NCBI GenBank assembly: GCA_038204425.1
Contig: JBBRCZ010000005.1
Span: 131,624 to 195,623, forward strand
DNA from: Spirochaetia bacterium
Lineage (GTDB): Bacteria; Spirochaetota; Spirochaetia; DSM-27196; Salinispiraceae
Reading direction: 5' to 3'
Length of the DNA stretch: 64,000 bases
Shown: positions 10,400 through 21,284 of the stretch, one piece after another
Numbering within the stretch: the stretch's first letter is position 1
How the letters are laid out: each line of letters begins with the position of its first letter
The notes under the pieces: model-generated
What the model was told of the DNA's origin: nothing
What the model saw: the letters and a program-made list of their open reading frames with translations, nothing else
The model's database searches: none
Made by a program: the position numbers and the translations under genes

Positions 10400-11680
10400 T
10401 TAAAGATTGGCAAAATCCAGAGTGGAAAAATGGTCCTCTAGTGTCTCGGCTCGACGAATCAATTTTACGTTGCCGTCCACCTTGATCAAAAGCTCTGCTG
10501 ACCGCAACTTTCCATTGTAGTTGAAGCCCATTGAATGACCATGAGCTCCGGTGTCATGTATGACTATCAAGTCCCCATCGTCAATTTTTGGCAAGGCTCT
10601 GTCAATCGCAAACTTGTCGTTGTTCTCGCAGAGACTACCGGTTACATCGTAGACATGGTCAGCAGCTTGGTCTTCTTTACCAAGAACAGTAAGGTGATGA
10701 TACGCGCCGTACATACCCGGTCGCATCAAATTGGCCATGCAGGAGTCAAGCCCAACGTACTGTTTGTATATGTCCTTGTGATGTATTGCTCTGCTCACCA
10801 AAAAGCCGTGTGGACCTGTAAGGTATCGCCCATTCTCACTCACCAAACCAAGGTGTTTGAGATTGGTGCTCGACAACAATTTTTGGTGTAAATTGTGGAT
10901 CTCTGACGCAACGTACTCAATATCAACTTCGTTTTGGTCCGGTCGATAAGGAATACCAATACCTCCGCCTAGATTAACAAACTCAACTACAATTCCAGTG
11001 CTCTTTTGAATCTCAAGTGCCAATTCAAAAAGCATTCTCGCTGTTTCTACAAAATAGTCGGCGTTTAGCTCATTTGAAGCCACCATGGTGTGCAAACCAA
11101 ATCGTTTAACACCCCAGCTCTGCGCCGTTCTATATGCTTCAATAATCTGTTGTCGAGTCAAACCGTACTTTGCTTCTTCTGGTTTGCCAATAAGTACATT
11201 GCCCTCTCTCAGCGGACCAGGATTGTATCTAAAGGCTAGCAAGTCGGGCAATCCAACTTGGTTCTTCAAATAGTCGAGATGGCTAATATCGTCTAGATTG
11301 ACTATAGCGCCTAAATCTAGCGCGCGTTTGTATTCTTCGGCTTTAGTATTGTTAGAAGTAAAGAAAATTCTCTCGCCTCGCACACCAACGCGATGACACA
11401 GTTCTAGCTCGGCAACACTGGAGCAGTCAAATCCAGACCCATTGTCTGCCAATAATTTTAGAATATGAGGATTGGGAAGAGCCTTTACTGCATAGTGATT
11501 TCTAAAGGCCTTCTTCCCTTTTGAAGCTTCTGCCACCCAAGCAAATGCGTCATGCAGACGCTTGTTGGTGTCCAGTATTCCTTTTCCGTCATATAGGTGA
11601 AAAGGCGTGGGATAGGTTTTAATAAGATCATCTATAAAAGATTTATCAAAAGGTAAGGTTTTGGTTTTACCGAGCTGCAC
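10400..11680 (-). CDS. lysA: Diaminopimelate decarboxylase
   Basis: YAVKALPNP PLP lysine, NLGGGIG, ENGRYL, GSLCENND, GAHGHSMGFNYNG; GTG start with GGAG RBS. Confidence 0.93.
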   Translation of the reverse strand: MQLGKTKTLPFDKSFIDDLIKTYPTPFHLYDGKGILDTNKRLHDAFAWVAEASKGKKAFRNHYAVKALPNPHILKLLADNGSGFDCSSVAELELCHRVGVRGERIFFTSNNTKAEEYKRALDLGAIVNLDDISHLDYLKNQVGLPDLLAFRYNPGPLREGNVLIGKPEEAKYGLTRQQIIEAYRTAQSWGVKRFGLHTMVASNELNADYFVETARMLFELALEIQKSTGIVVEFVNLGGGIGIPYRPDQNEVDIEYVASEIHNLHQKLLSSTNLKHLGLVSENGRYLTGPHGFLVSRAIHHKDIYKQYVGLDSCMANLMRPGMYGAYHHLTVLGKEDQAADHVYDVTGSLCENNDKFAIDRALPKIDDGDLIVIHDTGAHGHSMGFNYNGKLRSAELLIKVDGNVKLIRRAETLEDHFSTLDFANL

Positions 11681-11702
11681 ATTGGTCTCCTAATCATTTA
11701 GA

Positions 11703-11758
11703 AAACGTGTGCGAAACAGCTCATTTAAAGATCAAAATTGCTTTTTTTCGCACACTTT
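11703..11758 (-). terminator. Stem-loop between jag and lysA (possible terminator of the rpmH-jag operon)
   Basis: 10-bp inverted repeat GTGTGCGAAA (11707-11716) / TTTCGCACAC (11746-11755), followed by GTTTT on the minus strand; loop is large. Confidence 0.4.
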
Positions 11759-11763
11759 GGGTA

Positions 11764-12423
11764 CTATTCTTTAGATCCTCTGATGCTGATGCGAACTTGT
11801 TTATACAAACCTTCGCCTTCACTCTTGGTTTCTAATTCGCCCACGTCAGCCAAAGCTGTATGGATTAGGCGTCTTTCAAACGGGTTCATTGGCTCGAGCA
11901 GACGGGACTTCCTGGTTCTCATTACTTGATCGCCCAATTTCTGAGCCAAACGAACCAAGGCTTCTTCTCTTCTGCCTCGATAGTTTTCTGAATCAATTAT
12001 GACCTTGTAATCCTGATCAACAAGCCGTGCGGCGATGATGTTGGCCAAAACCTGGATGGCATCTAAGTTTTTGCCTTTTTTGCCAATCAAAATGCTGGCA
12101 AATTCTGAATCCAATCTAATGCCGATCTTATCCTCTTCTCTATAGAGAATAACGATCTTGGTCGGATAACCCATGCGTTCGGTGAGTCCCATTAAAAAGT
12201 CTACCAAGGCATGTTCAAGATCATTCTGTGGTTCTGGGTTCATGCTCATCGCTATTTTTTGGTGGGTATGAACTCTAATCACTACCTTCTTTTGGAAATT
12301 AAAGAGGCCAGACTTTTGCGTTTCCATCAACTCAATGTCAAATTCGTCTCGCTCGAGTCCCAATGCTTGTACGGCAGCATCGATCGCCTCTTTTTCTGTC
12401 TTTCCTTCAAACTCGTAAACCAT
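11764..12423 (-). CDS. jag: RNA-binding protein Jag/EloR (KhpB): Jag_N, KH and R3H domains
   Basis: EFEGKTEKEAI, LIGKKGKNLDAIQ, LEPMNPFERRLIHTAL; follows yidC. Confidence 0.95.
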   Translation of the reverse strand: MVYEFEGKTEKEAIDAAVQALGLERDEFDIELMETQKSGLFNFQKKVVIRVHTHQKIAMSMNPEPQNDLEHALVDFLMGLTERMGYPTKIVILYREEDKIGIRLDSEFASILIGKKGKNLDAIQVLANIIAARLVDQDYKVIIDSENYRGRREEALVRLAQKLGDQVMRTRKSRLLEPMNPFERRLIHTALADVGELETKSEGEGLYKQVRISIRGSKE

Positions 12424-12477
12424 TCGTTATAACTCCCCGGCCGCTTGGACTGCGACCGATTCAAAAAAGATGCTCTT

Positions 12478-14271
12478 TTATTTTTTTGTTGGCTTTGTTG
12501 CCAAGCCTTTGGTCTTGAGATGTCTGTTTACAAACACCTGTTGGACTGCACCCAAGACGTTTTGGAAAATCCAGTAGACCAAGAGTCCAGATGGGACTTC
12601 GTAAAGTATGAAGAAGAAAACAGCTGGCAAGGCGTACATCATTATCTTCATCTGGGTATTGGAACCACCAGTATTTGAAGTTGGTGACAACTTAGATGAC
12701 ACTATCTGGCTTGCAAAGTAAAGGATAGGAAGCAGTCGCAAGTCATTCCAGTTGAGGAAGGGCAGCGTAAAACTACCCCAGTTCCAGATCGACTCCGGAA
12801 GAGAAAGGTCGGTAATCCAGCCAGGAATAAACATGGCGCCACGCAGGTCAAAGTGGTTGTTAAACAAACTGTACATGGCGATAAAGAAAGGAAACTGCAA
12901 AAGCATGGGCAAACAACCACCCAATGGATTAATCTTTTCTTTCTTGTAGAGATCTGCCAGCTCGGCGTTCATTTTCTGTGGATTGTCTTTAAACTTCTCG
13001 CGTAACTCAGTCATCTTTGGATTGAGAGCTTGCATACGAGCAGTTGATTCCATGCCTTTTTTGGTCAAAGGGTAGAGAAGTACCTTAACCAATATAGTAA
13101 GCATGATGATCGAAACGCCCCAATTTCCTACAAGATTGTAGAAAATTTGCATTATCCACTTCATTGATTCACTGAGCCACCATAGCCAATCGTCGTCGAC
13201 AATCTTCTTTAGATTAAGGTCAGTTTGGCCGGCCTTGTTGTCCTCAGCGCGGTTATATTTTTCTAAAAAGTTGGCAAGTTTTGGCCCCGCATAGATTCTA
13301 AAGGTGTCTTTTACATTGCTACCCTGTAGCTCGCCGCGAGTAAAATACAAGGCAGAAGTCAATACGCTCGTGGTACTAGCTGATCGATCAAAGTTTATCA
13401 TAAAATCGGCTGCACCAGGGATGATAAAGAAACTGAAATATTTGCTATCTACAGCAGCCCAGGTTACCCGACTGCTGATCTCTTTTACTTTTCCTGGCTT
13501 AAGAGTTTCAACTTGCCTGCCATTTGTATTGAGATAGACATAGCGACGAGGGTCTGTCTTAGGGTTGTTAACAGAAGTAAGCGGTCCTACTTGTGGTTCT
13601 ATTGCCAACGTATAGCTTGAGCCATTTACATTGAGCGGAATAGTTTCATTGGCAGATTCTTTTGACTGCACAAACTGCACGTCGAGTTGGAACAAATATT
13701 CTTCGGGAAAGAAGGTATACTTTTTAATTATGGTAAAGGACTTGCCGGGTCGATTGTTAATTTGGAAGTCACGCGAAAACTCGTAGACAAAACCGTCAGC
13801 GCTCTGAGTCACATTAAAGGCAGCATCAATCGTTTGACCGTTTTTGCCGCCGATCTTTGTCACTAGTCCAGACCCTTCAACTTGGGCCAACATATTGACT
13901 GCCTTTTCGCCGTCTTTGTATTTGACCAACTGCAAGGAGCTCACGTCAGCACCAACGGGATCAATAGTAACAGTGATTTCGCCGTTGCTAAATACAATTG
14001 GTTTTAGTGTATATGGTTCGCTGCCTTGGGGGATCAAAGCGTTGTCCGGCTTTGAGGCATCCAACAAGGCAGTATCGCGTGGGCGATCGGCACTCAGGCT
14101 ATTGCCTTGAGTATCGAGGCTTTGACTAACAACACTGGTGATGGTTGTACTTACTTGTTTAGTTGTGCTTACAGTTTGAGGGCTCGGTTTGTAGAGTACA
14201 TTCTGAAGTATGGTAAAGCTAAAAAAAATGCCTACTATTAGGACGATTGCCAATATTGTTCGTTTTTCCAT
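12478..14271 (-). CDS. yidC: Membrane protein insertase YidC
   Basis: GNWGVSIIMLTILVKVLLYPL, NPLGGCLPMLLQFPFF, WITDLSLPE, PSGLLVYW. Confidence 0.97.
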   Translation of the reverse strand: MEKRTILAIVLIVGIFFSFTILQNVLYKPSPQTVSTTKQVSTTITSVVSQSLDTQGNSLSADRPRDTALLDASKPDNALIPQGSEPYTLKPIVFSNGEITVTIDPVGADVSSLQLVKYKDGEKAVNMLAQVEGSGLVTKIGGKNGQTIDAAFNVTQSADGFVYEFSRDFQINNRPGKSFTIIKKYTFFPEEYLFQLDVQFVQSKESANETIPLNVNGSSYTLAIEPQVGPLTSVNNPKTDPRRYVYLNTNGRQVETLKPGKVKEISSRVTWAAVDSKYFSFFIIPGAADFMINFDRSASTTSVLTSALYFTRGELQGSNVKDTFRIYAGPKLANFLEKYNRAEDNKAGQTDLNLKKIVDDDWLWWLSESMKWIMQIFYNLVGNWGVSIIMLTILVKVLLYPLTKKGMESTARMQALNPKMTELREKFKDNPQKMNAELADLYKKEKINPLGGCLPMLLQFPFFIAMYSLFNNHFDLRGAMFIPGWITDLSLPESIWNWGSFTLPFLNWNDLRLLPILYFASQIVSSKLSPTSNTGGSNTQMKIMMYALPAVFFFILYEVPSGLLVYWIFQNVLGAVQQVFVNRHLKTKGLATKPTKK

Positions 14272-14296
14272 AGAATCTCCGATTTGTTTCCGTAAT

Positions 14297-14653
14297 TCAA
14301 TTTAATACAGGTAAATCACACAAAAGTGCTTTTTTGAGCAGATCAGAAATCTGCTGGTAGCGCTCTTGATACGAATAGTCACCGGGGAAAAAAACAAAGG
14401 CTATATCAAATCCCGGCTTTACATATTCCTTCAAACGCCGGAAAACTTCGCGCCCTTGACGCTTATTATGATTTCGTTCAACGGCATTTCTGCATTTCCT
14501 GCTAGGACTCAATAGCACGCGCGTCAGGCCTAAGTCGTTTCGCTTGTGCCACATTTTTAGGCCTTTGCAGGAAACGCTAGTTCCGGAAGTATAGAGACTT
14601 TTGATCTCTGATTGCTTCCGGAGACGTTCGTTCTTAGTAAGGCTTCTTTTCAT
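14297..14653 (-). CDS. rnpA: Ribonuclease P protein component
   Basis: ERLRKQSEI and [10 protein letters not shown] (RNR motif variant); between rpmH and yidC. Confidence 0.92.
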   Translation of the reverse strand: MKRSLTKNERLRKQSEIKSLYTSGTSVSCKGLKMWHKRNDLGLTRVLLSPSRKCRNAVERNHNKRQGREVFRRLKEYVKPGFDIAFVFFPGDYSYQERYQQISDLLKKALLCDLPVLN

Positions 14654-14789
14654 CCGAAACTGACAGTTTTATACGACCCTTTGCTCTTCTACGCTTTAGA
14701 ACAAGGCGACCGCCTCTGGTACTCATACGTGCACGAAAGCCAAATTTTCGGTTTCGCTTTACTTTACTTGGTTGGTAGGTCCGCTTCAT
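14634..14789 (-). CDS. rpmH: 50S ribosomal protein L34 (51 aa)
   Basis: Manual translation: [60 protein letters not shown]; overlaps rnpA start by 20 nt; below ORF-track cutoff. Confidence 0.98.
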   Translation of the reverse strand: MKRTYQPSKVKRNRKFGFRARMSTRGGRLVLKRRRAKGRIKLSVSDEKKPY

Positions 14790-14835
14790 AATAGATACTC
14801 CTCGGCTAATACTACTCTCTTAAAATAGGTGTGGA

Positions 14836-14864
14836 AGTATACGGTTGACTATGCTGGCTGTCAA
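14836..14864 (-). promoter_or_regulatory. sigma70 promoter of rpmH-rnpA-yidC-jag
   Basis: Minus strand TTGACA-17 nt-TATACT. Confidence 0.8.
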
Positions 14865-14883
14865 TCTACTTGCTGAGCCGGTC

Positions 14884-15360
14884 TTACTTTTTAGGCCCGT
14901 TTTCCATAGCTTTTTTGAGTGCTTTCATGGCTGACAAAAAAACAGCGTCTTTTTTTTGGTCCAATTTGCCCAAAACTACTGGTTCTTCTAGCACCAACGG
15001 ACTTGCGTTTTTTACTTCTAACTCGCTTGGCGAGACTTTATTAGTTTCAGTTGGCGTTGCCTTTTGACTGGAAAAGTCTTTGACCATTTGAAAACAGATT
15101 CTTTTGATTGCCAGTTGTGGAAATGCCTTGGTGATTTTTTTGAGAATTATTGACTCTTGCATTTTGATTCTTTGCATCCACCCTTGATGATCAACACCAA
15201 CAACTACCATATCAGCCTTAAGATCGATTACCTTGGCGTGCGCCGATATTTCAGGCCCTACAAGCTGACTCCAAGCGGCAAAAAAACCTTGATAGTTCTT
15301 CTCGTCGTTTATACCCAGGGCTTGAAGATAACCAGAAACTAAATCAGCTGCCTTCTTCAT
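14884..15360 (-). CDS. dciA: DUF721/DciA-family helicase-loading factor
   Basis: FFAAWSQLVGPEISAHAKVIDLK...VVGVDHQGWMQ; canonical position after recF. Confidence 0.85.
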   Translation of the reverse strand: MKKAADLVSGYLQALGINDEKNYQGFFAAWSQLVGPEISAHAKVIDLKADMVVVGVDHQGWMQRIKMQESIILKKITKAFPQLAIKRICFQMVKDFSSQKATPTETNKVSPSELEVKNASPLVLEEPVVLGKLDQKKDAVFLSAMKALKKAMENGPKK

Positions 15361-16432
15361 TGAATCTACCTTCTTTGACTATAAACTTTAGTATATCAGG
15401 CCCACTGTTTTTAGAAATGGTTTCGTCGGGAAGAAACGTGTAAAAACGTTGTTCTGACGGCGGCAAGTGACCAAGAAATCTTTGGCGTTTTTGAGCATCA
15501 AGTTCCAAAAGTACATCGTCCAGTAACAAGACTGGTTTTTTGCCAGATCTCTCTCCCAAAAGTCTTGATTGTTCTAAGCGCAGCAACAAAGACAAAAGTC
15601 GCAGCTGACCGGTGCTTGCGTCGCTGACGTAGTCCTTGTCATCGGCAAGAAAGCGAAACTTATCGCGGTGGGGACCTGATGTTGTAAATTTTAGCGCAAG
15701 ATCCGCCGAGCGCCTTTGTATCAGTTTTGCCAAAAGTTGTTCATCATTGACCGCTTCCCAGGACGATTTGTAGTCTATCTGTACTTGTTGTTGACTGTTG
15801 CTGATTGTTTGAAAAAGCAGCCCAAAGTTTTTGTTAAAGAGATCAACCATCATCCGTCTTCCTTCGACGATTTTTTTGCCATAGCTGACGAGCTGATGGT
15901 CGAAGGTTTCCAACAATTCAAGTCTATTCTCGCGTAGGACCGCATTGCGCGACTTAAGAATTTTTCCATAGTCCTGCAAATTTTCCAGATAGATCGGAAA
16001 TAGCAAACTGGCTGTTTGGTCAAAAAAAGCTCGTTGATGTTCGGGCCCGCCGGTTACATAGAGCAAGTCATCATGAGAAAAAACAATGCAAGGTAGCAAT
16101 CGAACCAAATCTCGGCGGTCAGCGAGCAGTTTTCCATTTACAAATATGGTCTTCTTGCGTTTACTAACGACTATCTTGATCTTGAGGTGGATATCGCTTT
16201 CTTGGTCAAAGAAATCTGCATTTAGGGCCATTTCTTGACTGCCATGTTGCACCAAGTTGTCGTCTATTTTGGTTCTAAATGATCTTCCATAGCAAAGCAT
16301 GTAGATTGCTTCCAAAAAATTAGTTTTGCCTTGGCCATTTTCGCCTATAAAAAAAACCTGTCCTTTGGGGACAGGTATTTCTGCATTGTTAATGTTCCTA
16401 AAATTGTGGAACACGACTTTCAAAAACGGCAT
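15344..16432 (-). CDS. recF: DNA replication/repair protein RecF
   Basis: FRNI, GENGQGKTNFLEAIY, GPHRD, ASTGQ, LLLDDVLLELD. Confidence 0.96.
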   Translation of the reverse strand: MPFLKVVFHNFRNINNAEIPVPKGQVFFIGENGQGKTNFLEAIYMLCYGRSFRTKIDDNLVQHGSQEMALNADFFDQESDIHLKIKIVVSKRKKTIFVNGKLLADRRDLVRLLPCIVFSHDDLLYVTGGPEHQRAFFDQTASLLFPIYLENLQDYGKILKSRNAVLRENRLELLETFDHQLVSYGKKIVEGRRMMVDLFNKNFGLLFQTISNSQQQVQIDYKSSWEAVNDEQLLAKLIQRRSADLALKFTTSGPHRDKFRFLADDKDYVSDASTGQLRLLSLLLRLEQSRLLGERSGKKPVLLLDDVLLELDAQKRQRFLGHLPPSEQRFYTFLPDETISKNSGPDILKFIVKEGRFNEEGS

Positions 16433-16434
16433 GC

Positions 16435-17538
16435 TTAGTCCATCTGCATGGGCATAATGATGTGGAAGTAATTTTTCTGTGGCTTGGAGTACAAACTAAT
16501 TGCCTTAAATGTTTCTGTAAAGTGCAAAGAAATTTCCTCTGAATCGATTACTTTGAGTGGATCGCTTAAGTATTGAAAGTTAAGTGCTATCTTGCTTTCT
16601 GGTCCCTCGTAGTTACAAGGTACTTCCTCCCGACCGATACCAATCTCTGATTCCTCAGACATGAGGGTAAAAGTCCCTGCAGATAAGATAACCAAAACTC
16701 GTCGGGACTTTTCAACCATTAGAGAAACTCTCTTGAGTGCTTCGTTGAGCTTAGCCCTGTTAATTATAATCTCGTAAACTTGGTGTTCTGGAATAACTCG
16801 TTGATAGTTGGGAAACTGACCCTCTATTAGAGCTGAAGATAATTTCTGATTGTCAAATTCAAAGAAAACTTGTTTTTCAGTGATGGCAAGCGCTATCTGA
16901 CCTTGTCCTGAAAGCAACTTCTTTACCAACAAGAGCACTTTTGGTGGAATAATTACACCCGGAAATTGGGGAATGGCTAGGTCTGGTTTGATTGATATGT
17001 ATGACAGTCGGCGACCGTCAGTTGCTACCATCAACAGTTTTTCGTCGTTGTTCTCAAGGTAGACACCATTCATAAAGTAACGCGTCTCGTCATCACTTAC
17101 CGCAAACACAGTTTGGCTTATCATCTCTATAAAATCTATCTGAGGAATATCAAAGAAGCTTTCTTGCGGTGCCGATTCTAGTTCGGGAAATTTGTCTGCT
17201 GGAATACTCTTGAGTCTAAAGTCAATTTTGGCAAAGAGCGGCTTGATGACGAATCGGTCACCGTTGACTATTTCAAAATCAACTTCGCCTTCTGGGAGAG
17301 TTCGTAAGATAGCCAGCAGTTTGTCACAAAAGACGGTGGTAGTTCCTTCGGTCTTTATGTCCACCGGAATGATGGTTTCAAAACTTACTTTGAGATCGGT
17401 TGCCCTTATCAGTAAGCTGCCATTTTGGGTGGATAGCAATACATTTGATAGAATAGAAAGGGAGTTCCTTGATGAGATAATTTCCTGGGCAATGGAAATT
17501 TCCTTCATCAGTATGTCTCTTTTGCAACTAAATTTCAT
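16435..17538 (-). CDS. dnaN: DNA polymerase III beta sliding clamp
   Basis: ILSNVLL, ATDLKVS, FAVSDDETRYFMNGV, VATDGRRLS, LIEGQFPNYQRVIP, IIMPM. Confidence 0.98.
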   Translation of the reverse strand: MKFSCKRDILMKEISIAQEIISSRNSLSILSNVLLSTQNGSLLIRATDLKVSFETIIPVDIKTEGTTTVFCDKLLAILRTLPEGEVDFEIVNGDRFVIKPLFAKIDFRLKSIPADKFPELESAPQESFFDIPQIDFIEMISQTVFAVSDDETRYFMNGVYLENNDEKLLMVATDGRRLSYISIKPDLAIPQFPGVIIPPKVLLLVKKLLSGQGQIALAITEKQVFFEFDNQKLSSALIEGQFPNYQRVIPEHQVYEIIINRAKLNEALKRVSLMVEKSRRVLVILSAGTFTLMSEESEIGIGREEVPCNYEGPESKIALNFQYLSDPLKVIDSEEISLHFTETFKAISLYSKPQKNYFHIIMPMQMD

Positions 17539-17745
17539 AAAAACTCCTTAGTCTTTCTCTATAATTAGGTATAAATACAATAGTAGTAGTAGTAGTAGGC
17601 TCTGGTATAATGTGTATAACCCAATAAGTCATTATAAGGTTTTACTTTACGGAGCACAAAGCCGACTGTATAACTTGTACCGGTATCCACAGTATCCACA
17701 ATGATGACTTGTTTACCTTGCCAATGTCAATAAATCCACCACTTA
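17539..17745. other. Chromosomal replication origin oriC (dnaA-dnaN intergenic)
   Basis: Consensus DnaA box TGTGTATAA (17611-17619) with adjacent degenerate box (17602-17610); six TAG trios (17581-17598); AT-rich flank; tandem GTATCCACA boxes at 17683-17691 and 17692-17700; gene orientation diverges around this area. Confidence 0.9.
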
Positions 17746-19119
17746 TCAAGAATTTAATCCCTCTGTTTTTATCTTTCGAATTAGCTCTTTGACAATTGGT
17801 TCAATAGTTGGATCGGACTTCATGATGTCAGAGATTTTTTGGCAGCCATGCATGATTGTAGTATGATCGCGGCCGCCAAATTCTTCGCCTATTTCGGTTG
17901 TTGAATATTCGGTGATCTCTCTAGAAATGTACATTGCAATCTGGCGCGGAAAAGAAACTGACTGGGTGCGGCGCTTTTGTCTAAAGTCTTGACTTGTCAA
18001 GTTGAAGTAAGAGGCTACCTCTTTGATGATTAGGTCTATGCTTATATTTTTTCTGTTGGTAACAGAAAAAAAATCTTTGAGTTGCTCACGGGTGACTTCC
18101 GGGGTGATCTCTTTTCCCATGAGTTCTGAAAAAGCTCTTAGTTTGGTAATGGCCTTTTCAAGATCCCTGACGTTAGTCGTAATATTATTACAGATGATTT
18201 GAATAGATTCGTCGGGAATGTTAACGCCCCAAGATTCGATCTTTTTTCTGAGGATAGCAAATCGAGTTTCATAGCTTGGCGGTTGAAGATCCACATTGAG
18301 ACCACGTTCAAATCGATTTCGTAGACGGTCCGTTATTTCTTTAATTTCTGAGACAGGACGGTCACAAGTAAATACCATTTGCTTTTTGTTGTCGTACAGG
18401 GCATTAAAAGTATAAAAGAGTTCTTCTTGCGTGCCCTCTCGTTTGGTTATTGAGTGGATGTCGTCAATCAGCAGAATATCTGCGGTTCGATACTTTGCTT
18501 TAAAAAGGTGTTGTTCTTTTCTTGCTATCGATTCAATAAATTCAGTGGTAAAATTATCCATTTGCACATAGATGATCTTCTTCTCTGGATTGGTAAGATG
18601 AACCATATTGCCTATTGATTGCAAAAGATGGGTTTTTCCAAGCCCAACCCCGCCATAAATCAAAAAAGGGTTGTAGATGGTACCGGGTTCTCGAGCGATC
18701 GCCAAAGCAGCATTTGCAGCAAAGTTGTTGTTGTCGCCAATCACAAAGTGATCAAAGGTGTAGTCGGCATTGAGCATAGGATGGCGGGATACCTTTTTAC
18801 TGGTACTTTTTGCAGAATTGGTGACTGGTGCTTCGATAGTCTCACTCACCCGTTCTTTGTTGGCAGATTGAATCTTAAACTCGATCTTTATCTCCGTGCC
18901 CGACAACTCCACAAGCAGTTGTTCTATTTCGTTTAAATAACGGGTTTTAACTTGGTCTTGAAAGAACTTAGAAGGGACCAAAACAACAATCAATGAGGCT
19001 TCAGACTTGTGATAAATGATTCTTCCGAGCCACATTTCTGATTCTTGCTCGCTTTTTCGCGCACGGAGAATATTGATTGCTTCTTCCCAGAAGACTGAAT
19101 AATTCCATTTGTCTGACAT
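17746..19119 (-). CDS. dnaA: Chromosomal replication initiator DnaA
   Basis: YNPFLIYGGVGLGKTHL, LLIDDIH, TNVRDLE, FGGRDHTT; start set at MSDKWNY (19119) rather than the ORF-track TTG at 19230. Confidence 0.97.
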   Translation of the reverse strand: MSDKWNYSVFWEEAINILRARKSEQESEMWLGRIIYHKSEASLIVVLVPSKFFQDQVKTRYLNEIEQLLVELSGTEIKIEFKIQSANKERVSETIEAPVTNSAKSTSKKVSRHPMLNADYTFDHFVIGDNNNFAANAALAIAREPGTIYNPFLIYGGVGLGKTHLLQSIGNMVHLTNPEKKIIYVQMDNFTTEFIESIARKEQHLFKAKYRTADILLIDDIHSITKREGTQEELFYTFNALYDNKKQMVFTCDRPVSEIKEITDRLRNRFERGLNVDLQPPSYETRFAILRKKIESWGVNIPDESIQIICNNITTNVRDLEKAITKLRAFSELMGKEITPEVTREQLKDFFSVTNRKNISIDLIIKEVASYFNLTSQDFRQKRRTQSVSFPRQIAMYISREITEYSTTEIGEEFGGRDHTTIMHGCQKISDIMKSDPTIEPIVKELIRKIKTEGLNS

Positions 19120-19253
19120 AACAGCTTCGATGATAACGGCTAAATGATCTATTCGCAACGGTGGACGCACATCAATTGCCATATTGCGTCCAAAAAATTC
19201 TCTCGGCTCAAATAATGTATTGTATTGCAATAATATAACTATTTTTCTAAGTC

Positions 19254-21222
<1,969 letters not shown>

Positions 21223-21284
21223 AGTTTTTTGAAATTGCTTCAGCAATCAATATTTGAGTCATTACTGTATAAAAGAGGATAAGT

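Noticed and set aside
11681..11763. Lysine riboswitch upstream of lysA
   Set aside because: The 83-bp gap is too short for the aptamer and only a single stem-loop is seen.
17581..17598. (TAG)6 as a microsatellite or contingency repeat
   Set aside because: Its position next to DnaA boxes in the dnaA-dnaN gap identifies it as DnaA-trios.
19120..19230. 37-aa N-terminal extension of DnaA
   Set aside because: It starts at a TTG within the AT-rich divergent promoter region; the DnaA domain I pattern begins at MSDKWNY.
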